Shown here one piece after another: positions 14,421 to 27,116 of a DNA stretch of 64,000 nucleotides; the first letter of the stretch is position 1, and each line of letters starts with the position of its first letter. A program made the translations under genes and the position numbers. The stretch is from assembly GCA_002189035.1 (NCBI GenBank), contig CM007989.1, positions 6,014,001-6,078,000 of the forward strand. Direction: 5' to 3'. Below the pieces are notes generated by a model. That model saw only the letters and a list, made by a program, of their open reading frames with translations. It made no database searches and was not told the origin of the DNA. This DNA comes from Utricularia gibba (Eukaryota > Plantae > Magnoliophyta).

Positions 14421-16542
14421 ATAGCTTACGCAGAGAAGGCTGTAACCTGGTTTTATATAACTTTCTACAAGGAATTTTCAAGTTAATCAGCTAAGATCCT
14501 GTAACTTTTGCAAAGACTCTTTAAGGCACATTCCTTGAAAAAGAGTACTTTACATCACCTGTGATGCCCACATGCACCACAATAATCACATACGGTTGAA
14601 TGTTGTCAGTTTACAAGATGAAGTCCCTGGATTAGTCTTTGAGAAGACCAGATAGATTAAGGTCTGACAAGAAGTTCACAACAAGGTTTAAGAGATACCC
14701 ATGTAGAAAATAGTCAATCTCAATAAGGCTTCCACAGCCAATGAAAGAAGAAGTTGCCATCCCAATGATTCTTTCAATATGATGACAACTACTTTTTCTT
14801 AAAATATGGATACTCATTGTTTCTATCGAAAGTTCGAGCAAAGCAATTAACTGAAAGTTGAAATCCTCGCCAACCAGGTATACCAAAAGAGGGAAAAGGA
14901 AGAAAGCATAAAATTCTAGTCATTTTTTCAGAAACAAGGAGAGGCAGCGAGTGGGAGTTCATCTTCACCTAAGAGTTCCAGCAAGTTCCTGAGAAATATT
15001 ACGCCTTTTCTTAGTTAAATCCTTTTTTTCTGATATGACAGCACGCTTGGTTTCCTTATTTTCCCGTTACCATTTCCTTGTCCACTTTTATTGCTTTTCT
15101 GAGTCTTTAGCATATTTAATATTACAGTCTACAGATATTCCTCAAAAACAAGAAAAACATCTAAACCCTGTAACACACAACAATGATGTTTTATAATCAC
15201 TCCCCGTTACACCTTTGAGATGATGTTTTTATGATATATGCATATTTAATTAAAAGATACCCTGCTTTGCAATTCAATTATGATTGACTTCATGTTTTAA
15301 GTTCAAAAGGGTTTCCTTATACCTAGAATTCAGAAAACAATATTTTTTCTCAAAAAAAGTTTTATGTGTTTTGTTGAATATGATAATCAATATATGGGGG
15401 TTATAAGTGCTTCAATTTATCAAACTCAACGAGTTCACATTTCTCGATATGTGATTTTGGATGGAAAATCATTTTTTTATTTAGACACCTCATTTCCATT
15501 GGCTGCTCAATCAGTATGCATGAATGAAAACAATATACAAGAGTTGACAGATAAGTCAATTGTCATCATCAATGAGCTCTCTAACACAAGAAACAATTAC
15601 TTGAGTTTTCTCTCCAGACTAAGATCCACGTGCACCTTTTATAGTGGAGTCAACGATAGTTTATAACAGTTCTAAGGTTGAATTTTTTTGAGTTCTTTAA
15701 TATCTTGTAGATTATTTGATTATTGCTTTTCCTCCTCCTCCTCCAGCAATCCATCTGATTTCGAAATAACCACAACAATAAAAACAGAAACATTAAAGAA
15801 TCAAGGAAGCATTCATTCCTTGTTAAAAATCCCAGCAAACGCCACAAACCACACTCACACAAAAACACACGCCCTTGACGTACCAAGAATGGTGATCCAA
15901 TCATATTTATCGCCCTCGGGGTTTTCCATTTAATTCCAGCAGCAAACCGAGATTCCAAAATGATCGCCACTGGGAAGCTTTGAATCAGGAAAACAAATTC
16001 AGCAAATGGGTGGCAACAACTCTGCATATCATCATGTTAATTTGAATACTCTGGCGCCAAAACTAACCGCAGAAAAACAAGTCGATGAAGTAAAAAAAAT
16101 CTTTTAGCTTCTTTTTTAATTTTCCCTTTGCATTGAGAAAATTTTCACACCTTGATTTCTTCTTTGTTTTATTTTCGAGAACTGAAAATATACCTATTAA
16201 GGAATAATAAAATGATTACAAATAAAAAAGTATTTTAATCAAATCACCTTAGCAACCTGATGTTTTTAGACATATTTCGTTTTTATTATAATAATTATCG
16301 TAATATCATGTGCATATTTATTCCATTCTTGGACTTTAGTTTATTTTATTCTGCTTGACTTGGACTTTTCGGGTGGCAAGCAGTCCGGTTGCTGGGGGAT
16401 GGATGCCACCCGGGTTTAGGCAGAGATGTAAACCTCCTGCAAAAATGAGAAACTAGAGTTTGGTGATGTTCACTTTACATGGGGTCTCTATCATTAAAAA
16501 AAAAAAATTAATATGTACAATTGGTGGCCATGCAACCTTTTA

Positions 16543-17201
16543 GGGCTTATTTGGTAGGACATGTAAGATGATGTTACGTTAAATAACACATATTAATCAC
16601 ACGTTTGATATATAGTGTTATATAACACAATGAATTGTATATATAGTGAAACACAAATCCATGTGATACATGAATTAGTTAATTCTATAATAATAAAAAA
16701 CAATAAGACCCTTTTATTTTACAAAAAAAAATTCCTCCAATAATCTTTTTTGTTCCCGTTTTTGTCAATAAATTAGTGTCACTTCTTTTGTTAGTCTCAC
16801 AATTTTTTATATGTATCAAATAAATTTGTAGTCTGATAGTACAAAATGGAGGGTATTGCTATTGGATATTATTAGTTCAAGACATTAAAATAATTAGACA
16901 TATGGTCATTCTCCAAAAAGAAATTAGTAATTCAAGCCATAAAGATGATTATTGTTGTTGGATAGAAATTTGAAAATGGGTTCAAATTAGATTATTTGTA
17001 ATCAAATTATAGTAAACTTTTACATAATCAAATATTTGCATTTTAGTAAAATTATATATAAATCAAATTATAAATCTTACTACCAAACACATGATAAATA
17101 ATATTATGTTGAATAAAACTTTCTACAAAACAAACTCATTTTTGTATAAGATAATCTCATTTATATTTAATGTAAGTTAAAACATGGTACCAAACAAGCT
17201 C
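16543..17201. mobile_element. Tourist/PIF-Harbinger-like MITE
   Basis: TIRs GGGCTTATTTGGTA vs reverse complement of the right end GAGCTTGTTTGGTA. TTA on both sides (16540-16542, 17202-17204). Confidence 0.7.
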
Positions 17202-18169
17202 TTAGAGATGACTTGCCAGTAAACATGCATGAATAGAGGGGAATGCTTCTCATTTTGATGTACCTTATCGATCATATATCACAATCAAGTCCATGTATTT
17301 ATAGTAGATACCATTGAGTGAGCTCTATAAGAATACAAGAGTTTCCAAAGGTAGAATAACAAAAAAAAGAAAAAAAAGTATTCTTTCTTATTCGTATCTC
17401 GTATTCGATAAAGTTTTCGGGAAGAGGATAAAACTTAATAATTTATCAAGTTAGATATCATTGTATTCATTATTGCAAATAATGAATTTTTTTTAATGTT
17501 AGGTATGGACGTAATCTTTATTTTGTAATGAACCATGTAAAATTTTGATATATATATTTTCTTAATTTTACAATAAATTTATTGTTAAGTATCCATTGCA
17601 CACAACATCTGATTCATGCATCAAGAATGGAAGACACAATTTACACCATGGGATTTGATTGATCATACACTTTTACCAGTTACTCGAATGTTGGATTAAA
17701 TTGTATGGTGCAATCATAGCGTTCAAAATGCATCTTTACACAAACTAAGTTTTTTTCACATGTCAACACAATGTCTCCTCTAAAGTTCAGCAAAGCACAT
17801 ATTGTATTCTTGAAATCTTCTGTAAACTGCTTACAATCTCCAATAGCAGCAACTCACATGTTGTGCCCAACTGTTAATATATCACATACACTGGATTTTG
17901 AAACTCTTATATAATGCACATATGTTGGTGTCCAAAAGTTGACAACAAAAGTAAAACACAAACATGTCATTCCCTTGTGATCCAACTATCATCACTTGTC
18001 GTAGAGGGTGCATGTACTAGAGACTCTCGTATTTGGTGGTGTGGGATTGGGAGGGAGCGGTGCTGGTGGTGGAATGTCAGTTCCACTCCCCTGGTAGGTG
18101 GAGGGATTCATGACTATAACCCTCTTGGACTACAAGCTACAATTTGGAATAGAGGTAGAGTTGTTTATC

Positions 18170-18310
18170 TTCTTTTATTGTGCAGCTTGGTGTTGGAAGA
18201 ATTTTTGTGCATGATTGGTGACTTGCTGCGAAGTTCTTGTGATAATATACTCCCTTGACACATGTTGCCACTTTCCTCTCCCACACTTCTACAGTCCATG
18301 CTGGAATCTT
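18170..18310 (-). pseudogene. MYB-related SHAQKYF-class (DIVARICATA-like) pseudo-exon
   Basis: After a pyrimidine tract and AG acceptor at 18311: RFQHGL*KCGRGKWQHVSREYIITRTSQQVTNHAQKFF, matching LFLLGLxKYGKGDWRxISRNFVxTRTPTQVASHAQKYF. In-frame stops are present. Confidence 0.6.
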
Positions 18311-19092
18311 CTACAATAGAAAAATAAAAGGAATAATGACATCAGCATGACTGACTCTAGCCCATTAATTGTGTTACTTACAGCACATATTCCATATTTT
18401 GGTTACTCAAGAGTTGACAAGGAATCAAACGTCTATATAACAAGATTATTGGGAATGAAACATGAGCTTCATAAAACAGCTGATACTAACCTTGTGGGTT
18501 GTATGATTATTGTATTTGGTGATTCCCCATAAAACCATAAGCTACCAAGGTTTAATGTCATGCATGCATACCATAGCTTGTGATTCATACATTTACATAA
18601 GAACAAAATACTACTTACCTTCGTTGTTGTAAAAGTCGGTGATTCCTTCCCTTCATTGTTATATTGATCTGCGTCCTAGTATTCCATGTAGTTGGCACTA
18701 GGAGGGAACACATTGGTCAGCAAACTACCTTCATTTCCGTAAACCTCGATGATCTCCTCAACATTATACCAGATCTGCAATCTGATATTCCATGTGACTG
18801 GCATTGGGAGGGAACACATTGGTTGATAGTGGTGCAGCAGGCATAACGGAGATCCCCCATCCCACGGTAGAGTCTTCCACTTGCAGATACGTTGAGATGG
18901 GAAAGTTACACATAGAGACACAATGACATCCCAAATTCATAACATCCATTGGCCAAATTTAATCACTATTTGTTCTGAGATGAGTGTGGGCTCTGAATAT
19001 GGCATCAATACTCACCGGGGAGAATGTCACCAAAACACGAAGCACCAACAAGGGCTTTGCAGGTGAGCTCTATTGTTCAAGATTGTCCTCAT

Positions 19093-20542
19093 TGTTGGTG
19101 TATGTGTTCTAGAGACAATCAATTTATTGACAAATCTTATCTTTTGATGTTTACCTTGAATTGTGATCAAGTTTACATCATTGATAAAATACTCTACTTG
19201 ATTTATGTGCTATAGAAATTATGATAAGATCATAATGTGAGATTCTTCAAGCATTTATGTTCAAGTTAAAAACTTCCTGGTTAGAGTGTTTGTGAAATGA
19301 GGATTTCACAAATATGGATAAACTGACACACATTGAGTTCCCTAAACTATTTAGACAATGGTTCTCACAATTGATGTAATAAGATTACTAGAACCTATGT
19401 ATGAGTGTCGATTAGAGAACTGATCCACTGGATGACTCATTTTCGAGATGCTACTATGAGAAGCTAACCAAGTGTCAGTAGCAAGATCTCGAATATGACA
19501 ACCGTACAAGTAAGCTTAGACTTGAGGTTAACAAAGTTATCTTGATCTTAAGATCACATTTTCGCTCATTACTAATGGGAGCCTAACCATGGCTTGCCTA
19601 GTATGGATGAGTAGGGATGTGCCTCCTTAAGCTTGGAGATAGTTGATTCATCAATAAAGAATTCATCACTCATGTTAGCGATGAGATCATATCTCAAGTA
19701 ACTGCATCAAAGCCTAATTCTAAGTCCTGGGCCCAGGATAATAACACTCGAATTGTTTGAGTAGGTCATTGAGTGTTAGTGCTTGAATGCAATTATAAGT
19801 TCGATACATCAAAAAGACACACACCCATGTTCTGATATTGAATGAGATATAAGTATGATGAAAGCCGTTCACTACATGGTCACTGATTATGGAAGGACTC
19901 AATTAGTTCACCTGATTATTCTTTAATCTTGGGGATCATGATATGTTGCTAGACATCACTAATGATCGATAATAATTAATTTGATTAATTAAGAGTTAAT
20001 TAATAAATCCATTATTATGGCCTTGATTGAATAAGCCTATAGGGTCACACACAACAGTGGAGTCACTCATCGATATAAAATAGAATGACACAATTACATG
20101 AGATGTAATTGATAAGGTGCATAAATTAAATAGAGTTATTTTGAGATTAATATTGATTAAACTCAAAATAAAAGATCTCATATAGATATGATTTGATATG
20201 TCACAAAATATCTATAAAAAAGATTTAGATCTTGAGATCTGCTCCAAGGTTTTCGTGCTCTCTGAGACTGATCCACTAGGAGGCATTTTTCTCTACTAGC
20301 ACCTGAGAAATTCGACCAGCATTCAAGAGCCATGAGAAGGTTATCGACGGAGTGCTCCACGTGTGGATACCATAGAGGCCGTTTGCTACTGGCGGTTGGT
20401 GAACAATGGAGTCCTCTAAAAGGTAATTTCAGCATCCTTTTGTCTGATGTATACTGTATTCCAAGATCTGCGTTGAGGGTTTCTCAAAATTTTTAAAATT
20501 TCGCTACTTTTGTGACATACGATGTCTACGAGAAACCTAACA
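19093..20542 (+). mobile_element. Copia Angela/BARE-type solo LTR, 1450 bp
   Basis: Starts TGTTGGTGTATGTGTTCTAGAGACAAT and ends CCTAACA. Perfect 5-bp TSD CTCAT (19088-19092, 20543-20547). No PBS follows. Confidence 0.9.
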
Positions 20543-20814
20543 CTCATCCATGAAGGTTGTTGAAAATGTTTGAACCTTCCGAACATGGGAAAACAAGAGC
20601 CAAAGATGCTATGCAACAAATAAATAAGAAAGAAAATAGAAAGCATGCACGTTGGGTCTTAACTTTAGCTCTACGACCCATATGTGAATCCCAATTCGAT
20701 CCTCACCCAATAAACACACTAATGCAACGATCCCAAAGAAAGCCTATCCGTAGTGGCTAAATAATCTATATTTTCTTGTTTTGTTTTTTTTTTTATAAAC
20801 TTTTGTTTTAGATT

Positions 20815-21750
20815 GGCAATGAGGTAAAGAGATCCTATAAGGGAATCATCATCTGTCAAAATAAGTATGTTATGAACCTTCTTGTTGAAACAAAAATGCA
20901 ATATTGTAGAGGAACATGAATGCCTATTGAATAGAATCTACGGTTTACAATAGAGGGAGGAAAACCAGTCAACAAGGAACTATATTAAAGGTTAGTCAAG
21001 AGATTCATTTATCTATGTCACACTTGCTAGATATATGTTATTCCATGGGTGTGGTCAGTTGATATATGCATGATCTTAAAAATCAACTCATGACAGCAGT
21101 GTAGTGAATTCCTAGATATCTCAAAGGGAATCTATGAAAAATAATTTGATTCATGCCTAGAGGTCACCTTAACATTGAAGGACACTGTGATATGAATTGG
21201 GCTAGTTTTCATGATGATCAACGCTCAACCTATGACTTCTATGTGTTTGTTGGTGGAAATTCACTAAGTTGGAGAAGTAAAAAGCAAAATGTGATAGCAC
21301 AACCAATAGTCGAAGCTGAATATCATGCCATGGCACTAAATGTATGTGAGATGATCTGAGTCCAAAGATTGCTCACAGAACTCCAACTATTGAGGGATGA
21401 GGTTATGAACTTGAGATGTATCAATTGACAATCAATATTGCACCAACTCAATGCAACATGATCGAACCCAAGCTGTTGCATGTGCCCTCTAAAGAGTAGC
21501 TTGCCAACACTTTAATTAAAGGCATAAGTTTCATGGAACATGATGTTTTATGTGACAAGAAAAGTCTTATTAATATACCAAACTTATCTTGAGAGGAAGT
21601 ATTGAAGTGTATTTAGTTTGATATGTTAATTATATTATAATGAATGAGGAGAGACCATGACTATATGAAGAAAGAGAGGGAGGCCTATCCACTTTCTCTC
21701 TCAAGACATGCAGTTTGTATCACTCTAAGTTCTCATCACCTTCTTAAACA
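20815..21750 (+). mobile_element. Degraded Copia RT/RNase H fragment with PPT and start of 3' LTR
   Basis: GIIICQNKYV.., GHCDMNWA..DDQRST..YVFVGGNSLSWRSKKQNVIA..VEAEYHAMALNVCEMI. PPT CTTGAGAGGAAG then TATTGAAG at 21600. Confidence 0.8.
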
Positions 21751-22431
21751 CATTACTATAGTTCTTTGTCACTTTGCCCATGAAAGGGATGTTGAGGATT
21801 TGTTAATCATTCAACATCTTCCTCTTTAATTCAATTAGCAAATGCTTTCACCAATCCATGCATTGCCTCCCCAAGCTCTACACTCAATATGAACATAGTT
21901 CAAGGGTAAATATTGAGAGGTAAGAGGAATCAGAAGATATATGGAGAAATCTGAAGATGATTCCTCAAATATCAATATCTATAACAATCAAATTTTATGA
22001 AGTACTTTTAGTAACTATTTTTTAAATTTGTCAAAATTTTAAAATATGAGACCACATTCTATAATAAGAACAATTTGTATTATAATTTGTGCATTTGAAT
22101 TCACAATTACTTTAGTAAAAATAGTTTCTTTCTCATGCATTTCTCATTTTTCGTCTCTTTGAACATCAAGAATGCATCAAGCTCAAACTTGAAGTGGAAT
22201 TAAAATTGGAGATGTTACTACCTGAAATTTTACGTTAAAGAAACAATCAACAAAAATAGTCCTTCTGCCCACTTGCCCCCTTACACCTTTCATGGGTGGG
22301 AATATGTAAAAAGTATTTGAAATGTAATAAGAAGAGCAAGAGCTTTGAAGTATTTGTGGAGAAAGCTTCGTAATTCAACAAATTTTTCAAAAGATTGATG
22401 ATGTATATAAATTGTACAATAGTAGTTATAA

Positions 22432-25400
22432 ACGTAAAAATAATCATTGGAGGTTTCTCAATGTATCTGTTGCATTTGTCTTTATCTTCTAATTTGCAAT
22501 GATAACACAATCTTGTGGTGAAAGGATCGGTTAGTTGGGCTTGAGAGTCTTGGATCACATCAAATATTTGGATTTGTGGTGGAATGAGCATTAGATGATT
22601 ATTAATTTGATGAGAACCCAAGACAATAAACCCTCACTTCCTGCCTTAGAATTTCCCTTTTGTTTTCTACCATGGTCTTGCTTCTAATTCTCTAGGTAAT
22701 TCAATAGCACTTTTCTTTATATCTCCAATCAATACATCACTAACCGACATTGCTCCTTGAGGTGTTGATTGGAGTAGCCTGGATAGTATTTTAGGATTCA
22801 TTCTAAACCGAAATGTTTTTCTAATCTTGCAGAAGTTCAACAAGAATAGAAATTTTGAAAGAATATCAGTAGATTGTTCTTTAGATGATATGTATTCCAA
22901 TTTGATAGAACCTTCCTTGACATAATCCCATAGTACTTGATATTTAATTTTGATGTGCTTCATAGGCTCAAATAGAACTACATTTTGAACCATGCTAATA
23001 GGAGATTTGTTATCAATTTTGAGAATAAGTGGTTTATTGATGTTGATAGACAAGTCTTCATAGATTTTCAGTAACCATTGACCATGATTCCCTGCTGGTG
23101 CATCTGTCATGTATTCGGCCTCTACTAATGATTGTGCAATGGTAGATTGTTTTTTTTATCCCAGGCAAAGATAGTGGAACACTAGTTAAACAAATATCTT
23201 GTTATAGAATAGCAGCTGTCTTCATCCTCAACAAAGTTAGAATCAATAAATCCTTGCAAAGTAGCTTTAGTAGTATGTTTGAAGCATAGATCTAGGTTTG
23301 ATGTGGATTTCCAATATTTAAGAATCTCTTGGCAATATCCAAATGTGAAATGTGTGGTTTGTGCATGAACCTTGATAAAAATGTAACAACAAAGGTAATA
23401 TTTGGTTGAGTAACCGTGAGGTAGAGAAGAGCTTCGATAAGTCATTGATATTTTAAAGGACATAATTCTTCATTGGTCAAATTTTTCAGTTTGAACTTAA
23501 CTTTCGGTGAAGAAAGTACTAGTGCTCCTTTTGCATTAAGAGATCCATATTTTGCGATTAGATTAGTGTTATATTTTTCTGATATATAAAATTAAATTCC
23601 TCCTCTTGTAGGACCTCTTAGACAAGAAAATACCTCATTAATCCTAGATCATTCAGTTCAAATCTCTCCTTTAACATACACTTTTGTTGATTAATCAAGT
23701 CTGGATTATCTCCTATTAGATAGACGCAATAATTTTGCTTTGTAGATTTTCCAATTTGTAAAAAGTAATATTATTTTTACTTATAGTGTATCCTTGGTTG
23801 ATAAAAAAAAAGTGTTTATAGGTAAGTATCATTCTTTGGAAGCTTGTTTGAGATCATATAGATATTTCTTTAGCTTTAATAATTTATTTTTTCTATTTTT
23901 TATTTGAAAGCCAGGTGGAGGATTAACATAGATATCATTGTGAAGATCTTCATTCAAGAAAGCACATTTGATATTAAGATGATGAAACTTCAATCTTTGA
24001 CTGGCTGCTAGTGTAGCTATCAAGAAAGCACATTTGATCTTCATTCCTTCCTTTTGAGGGTATCCTTTAGCCACCAATCTAAATTTTAGTTTATTTTCAA
24101 TTGCATAAGGGTTGACTTTTGCTTTGCGTATACGTTTTAAATCCAATACTTTGATATTTTCCAGCCTTTTTACTGGTTCTCATAATTTGTGTTTCTGAAT
24201 CAATCATAAATTTCAACTACTTTGGTTCTTGTAGACCTTCAGTGAGTGTTGCAGGTTCAAGAGAGGTGATATCGAGTAAGAATCTCATCTGTAGATGCAT
24301 ATATTCAAACTAATGGAAAGTGTGGGTCACTAGGATAATCCTCATTATCATACTGATACATGGCATAGAAGTGTGGTATATATTCATCTTGTATTGTCGC
24401 TCTATATGAACCATTGATCATTTGCTTTTTCAGGTTGTTTTGATTTACTCTAACATTAGATGAGTTTAAGGAATCAGAGTACTCCAAATGAGTATCTAAA
24501 GAGACATTGTTTGAAAATTATGCAGGAAGTTATGACTCAATGGAGTAGGAAGTGAGTCAAATGAGTTGCATGACATTCTTTTATTTCAGAAATAGTGAGA
24601 TGTTCATTTGGAACATATTCTTCATTGTTAGTAGGGTGCTTTACAAATAAGGATACTCCTTCAGTCAAAGTTTAGATGTGGGGTGAACATATGTGAGGGA
24701 AGTTGGTTTGTGAATTTCTATTGTGGGATCATGATGAGATATAGTTGAAACTATGGCAGAAAAGTCATCTTCCAAAAATAATAAACATATATTAGAGTTA
24801 TTAGTTTCATAAGATATATTATATTTACTTACATTCCAATCCCATCCTCTAGATTCATCGACAGTGACATTTATGCTAATTTAAACTTTATCAATCTTCA
24901 TATTCAAGATGCAATAGGCTTTTCTAGTATCAATGTATCCCAATAAGACACCCGAATCAAATTTAATATCAAGTTTGTTCCTTTGGTCCTTTGGAACATG
25001 AATGTAGCATAATGAACCAAAAATCTTGAGATATTCTAAATTATGAATTTTGTTGTACCATAATCCATAGGGAGATTTGAAATTAGGATTGTCTCTAGAG
25101 AGTAGACGATTGAGGAGATAGATGGTAGTATTGGCTGCTTCTCTCCAAAAATAGAGAGGTAGTTTTTTTTGTCTTGTCGTAGACACCTAGCCATATTTAA
25201 GAATCAAGATAGATCTATTTTTCCTCTTGCAAATTCCATTTTTTTCCAGGGTGTAGTATGTGAAATTGATGAACTATCCTTAGGCTTCACAAAGACTCAA
25301 TCATGTAAAAATAGTCATGGAGGTTTTTAAAATGTTTTCATTGCATTTGTCTTTATCTTTTTGTTTATAATGATGACACAATGTTGTGGTGAAAGTATTG

Positions 25401-25601
25401 GTTGGTTGGGGCTGGAAGAATCACGTCAAATATTTGGGTTTTTGATGGAATGGGTCTCAGATGATTATTAATTTGATGAAAGCCCAGAATTTCTTACTAG
25501 AGATTTCTCTTTCATTTTCTACGACGGTCTTGCTTATGATTCTCTAGGTAATTCAGTAGTAATCTTCTTCACTTCTCCAATCAGCGCATCACCAACCAAT
25601 A
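22432..25601 (-). mobile_element. Old Copia deletion derivative: two diverged LTRs (~25302-25601 and ~22432-22749) around integrase-RT-RNase H remnants
   Basis: Integrase LPLYFWREAANTTIYLLNRL and YLKIFGSLCYIHVPK. RT RLVAKGY and KCAFLNEDL. RNase H KIDNKSPIS..KHIKIKY..QSTDILSK. Direct repeats share GCATTTGTCTTTATCTT, GATGATTATTAATTTGATG and TTCTCTAGGTAATTCA. Confidence 0.8.
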
Positions 25602-27116
25602 GAGTAGCCATCAAAAACTAGATACCATTGCTAATGTGTTTCACGTGGATGCAAGAGTTCAAACTATTTTATTGTTGGTTTTATAATAAAGTAAATATTT
25701 TATATAATAAAACATGTAAAAGAAATGTTTTTCTTTTTTTTCAACCTGAGCCACCTAATCGGACCAGACCCATCAGTAAAACCTGTGACCAGTTCATATC
25801 GAGTTATAACCATAAAATGAACCAAAAGATTGGATTGCGTTTGCATCTTGGGCTGCATCACGAAGGCACTAAATATCACCCTCCCCCAATGATACGATCC
25901 CTTTTTATAATCCTCAGGTTGCATGGTTACAACTTGGTCGTAGTGACACCTTACATGTGTGCCGGCCTAGGGGATTCTTCTTTTAGTTTGGATCTTGAAA
26001 TGCAGTTTCTGGAGGACCCAGTGTGAGAAAATCCCTCCGATGAGTCTTACAGAAGGCCTTAGTTAGATTCCCGTGAAGAAAAAAAGGTCATGAAATGTGA
26101 TCATTTCTTGTTTAGCTACCAATCGCCTTGTGTCGGTATGCGAAGGCAAGAATTCATCTAATCTCGCATTTCCTGCAATGCTCCATGTGCATAAGACATC
26201 TTTTCATGCCGGCGATCTGTTTTGATCAGGACAAAATGGGATTAGAGTTAATTTGTGCATGCCAGGCGCTCACATAAAAAACATTAAAATCATCCTGAAA
26301 CCGACGAGGTGGAGGGGCAACAGCAGAGTCATTGAACGGTTTTGGCAAAGTCTGGGATTTCTAAATGTGAGTCTTTGAAAAGACACACCTTCATATCTTC
26401 ATCTCGCCACTGAACTGGGATGTTCCCATTGAGAAATTCAATCAACAACAATCATATATTATTTTACTACATCACTAACCATCGAAGGACGCCTCTGAAG
26501 CTGGCCTGAGCTCTCAGGTGCAGTCTGAAATATATAAAAATTGGTTGATGAAGTGACAAGGGAGACAGGCACACTTGCTGACAGCAGGGCCTCCTCTTTC
26601 CATTGTTCTCGGACTATGATCTTCAAGAATGAGAACTGTTCCATTCTAGTTGTTTATTTCACATATCTAAGACAAACGCATAAATAATAACAAATGACTA
26701 TTCATTTTTTAAGAGCTGAGTCAAATATCCATCAAATTCATTCACCCAAAACAGCGCATGGACAAAGAACCCATCAACGATACGTCAATCAGTGTAAAGA
26801 AGATACAGAGAAAGGAAACAACTAACTCCAACGCATCCTACTATTATCGGCCTCCATTTCTTTCCGAAACTAATTTGTTGCCTCAAATACTCACTCAATT
26901 GGATGCTTTCGAACTTGAAGTGCTCTTGTATCTTTGAATCTTGAAGCAAGGCTGCCTACAAATCGGGGGGTTTCCATGCAGTAATCATACGTGAAGCAAG
27001 TTGATTCAGTTACCCCTTTTTCTGCCGGTCTAGTTGTGACGACGGTGTACACATTGTGAGAGGAATCCAACGAAAAAATCTTGCGAAGAAGCTGAAGACC
27101 TGCAACATTGTCTCTC

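Noticed and set aside
15364-16027. Three overlapping 80-125-aa ORFs
   Set aside because: Low-complexity, compositionally UTR/LTR-like, no motifs.
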